A stretch of 64,000 nt of DNA from Felis catus (Eukaryota): contig NC_058368.1 of the NCBI RefSeq assembly GCF_018350175.1, positions 207,268,001-207,332,000 on the forward strand, read 5' to 3'. Numbering within the stretch: the stretch's first letter is position 1; the number at the start of each line of letters is the position of its first letter. Positions 63,261 to 64,000 of the stretch are shown piece by piece. The notes under the pieces were generated by a model. It was not told the DNA's origin. It did not search any database and saw only the letters and a list, made by a program, of their open reading frames with translations. Made by a program: the position numbers and the translations under genes.

Positions 63261-64000
63261 GGCAAGCTGGCTGTGCAGAACTGATTCGGAGGCATGGAAA
63301 TAGACCCAGGAGAAGTAATAAAAACTGCATTAGCATTCCTTCTCCTGCACTTAGCCATCGACCTCTCTCTTCCTCAAATACATCTACTTACGATTCATCC
63401 TTCTTGCTCTCAGTATCTTTGAAGGAATATTTTTGATCTTTGCTTCTTTTTCACCAAAATGTCTTCAAATGATTCTTAGTTACAAAGTACACAGGAGGGT
63501 AGATTTAACAGAATACATAGAGAGTATTGTTTTCAACAAAAAATAATGATCACTGTCATTTATGAAAGATATATCATGTCACATACAGCATTTCATTCTC
63601 AAAGAGCCTCATGAGAATGGTACTATTATTTCCATTTTAAAGACAGAGAAACTGTGGCTTGGTGAGGCTCATTCCATACATTATCTAAGGATATCGGGTT
63701 AATGTTGTTTTTCACAGGAAGAATCCAGAATTCTCTCATTCTGGAAGAATTGATAATCTTGCTCTATTCTTAATTCTAGCTTTCAGTCAGAACGAAATAA
63801 TAATCAGTGTTCATTAAATCTGAGGGAACGCAGCCAGAGAGCCCGTGAAGGAGTGAATAATGAGGAGGCAGGCAGGCAATGGTTGGCAGTCCTAGGACAC
63901 AAGGTTCCAGGCGACACTGGGTGGAAATGAGGCAAAAAAATTAGGATGGTGATGACATTGTTAATTCTTAACATAAATAAGTCCTTATAATATCATTGTA

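Noticed and set aside
1..64000. CRISPR array, operon or other prokaryote-type system; CpG-island promoter
   Set aside because: The DNA is clearly mammalian, with no regularly spaced repeat-spacer structure and no sustained CpG island.

Overview
Non-coding mammalian DNA from a cat-lineage (felid/feliform) carnivore. The basis is 15 tRNA-derived CanSINEs of the SINEC_Fc type and a felid-type LINE-1 3' end. I can support no protein-coding exon: the ORF track is explained by SINE/L1 sequence, microsatellites and chance. The window is intergenic or deep intronic. It is dominated by repeats: CanSINEs with visible target-site duplications (TSDs), one 5'-truncated L1, MaLR/ERV solo LTRs, and ancient MIR, L2, L3 and hAT fossils. 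The main observations are: (1) a full-length 7SK snRNA retrocopy whose poly-A tail has become a ~340-bp (GAAA)n polypurine array; (2) a ~123-bp, ~94%-identical local duplication 2.7 kb apart that carries an AG|GT splice motif; (3) a nested tail-to-tail inverted SINE pair; (4) CpG-rich patches inside ancient repeats; (5) candidate CTCF, enhancer and splice signals. I found no convincing novel biological system. Repeat family names come from recalled consensus sequences and need RepeatMasker/Dfam confirmation; boundaries of ancient repeats are approximate.
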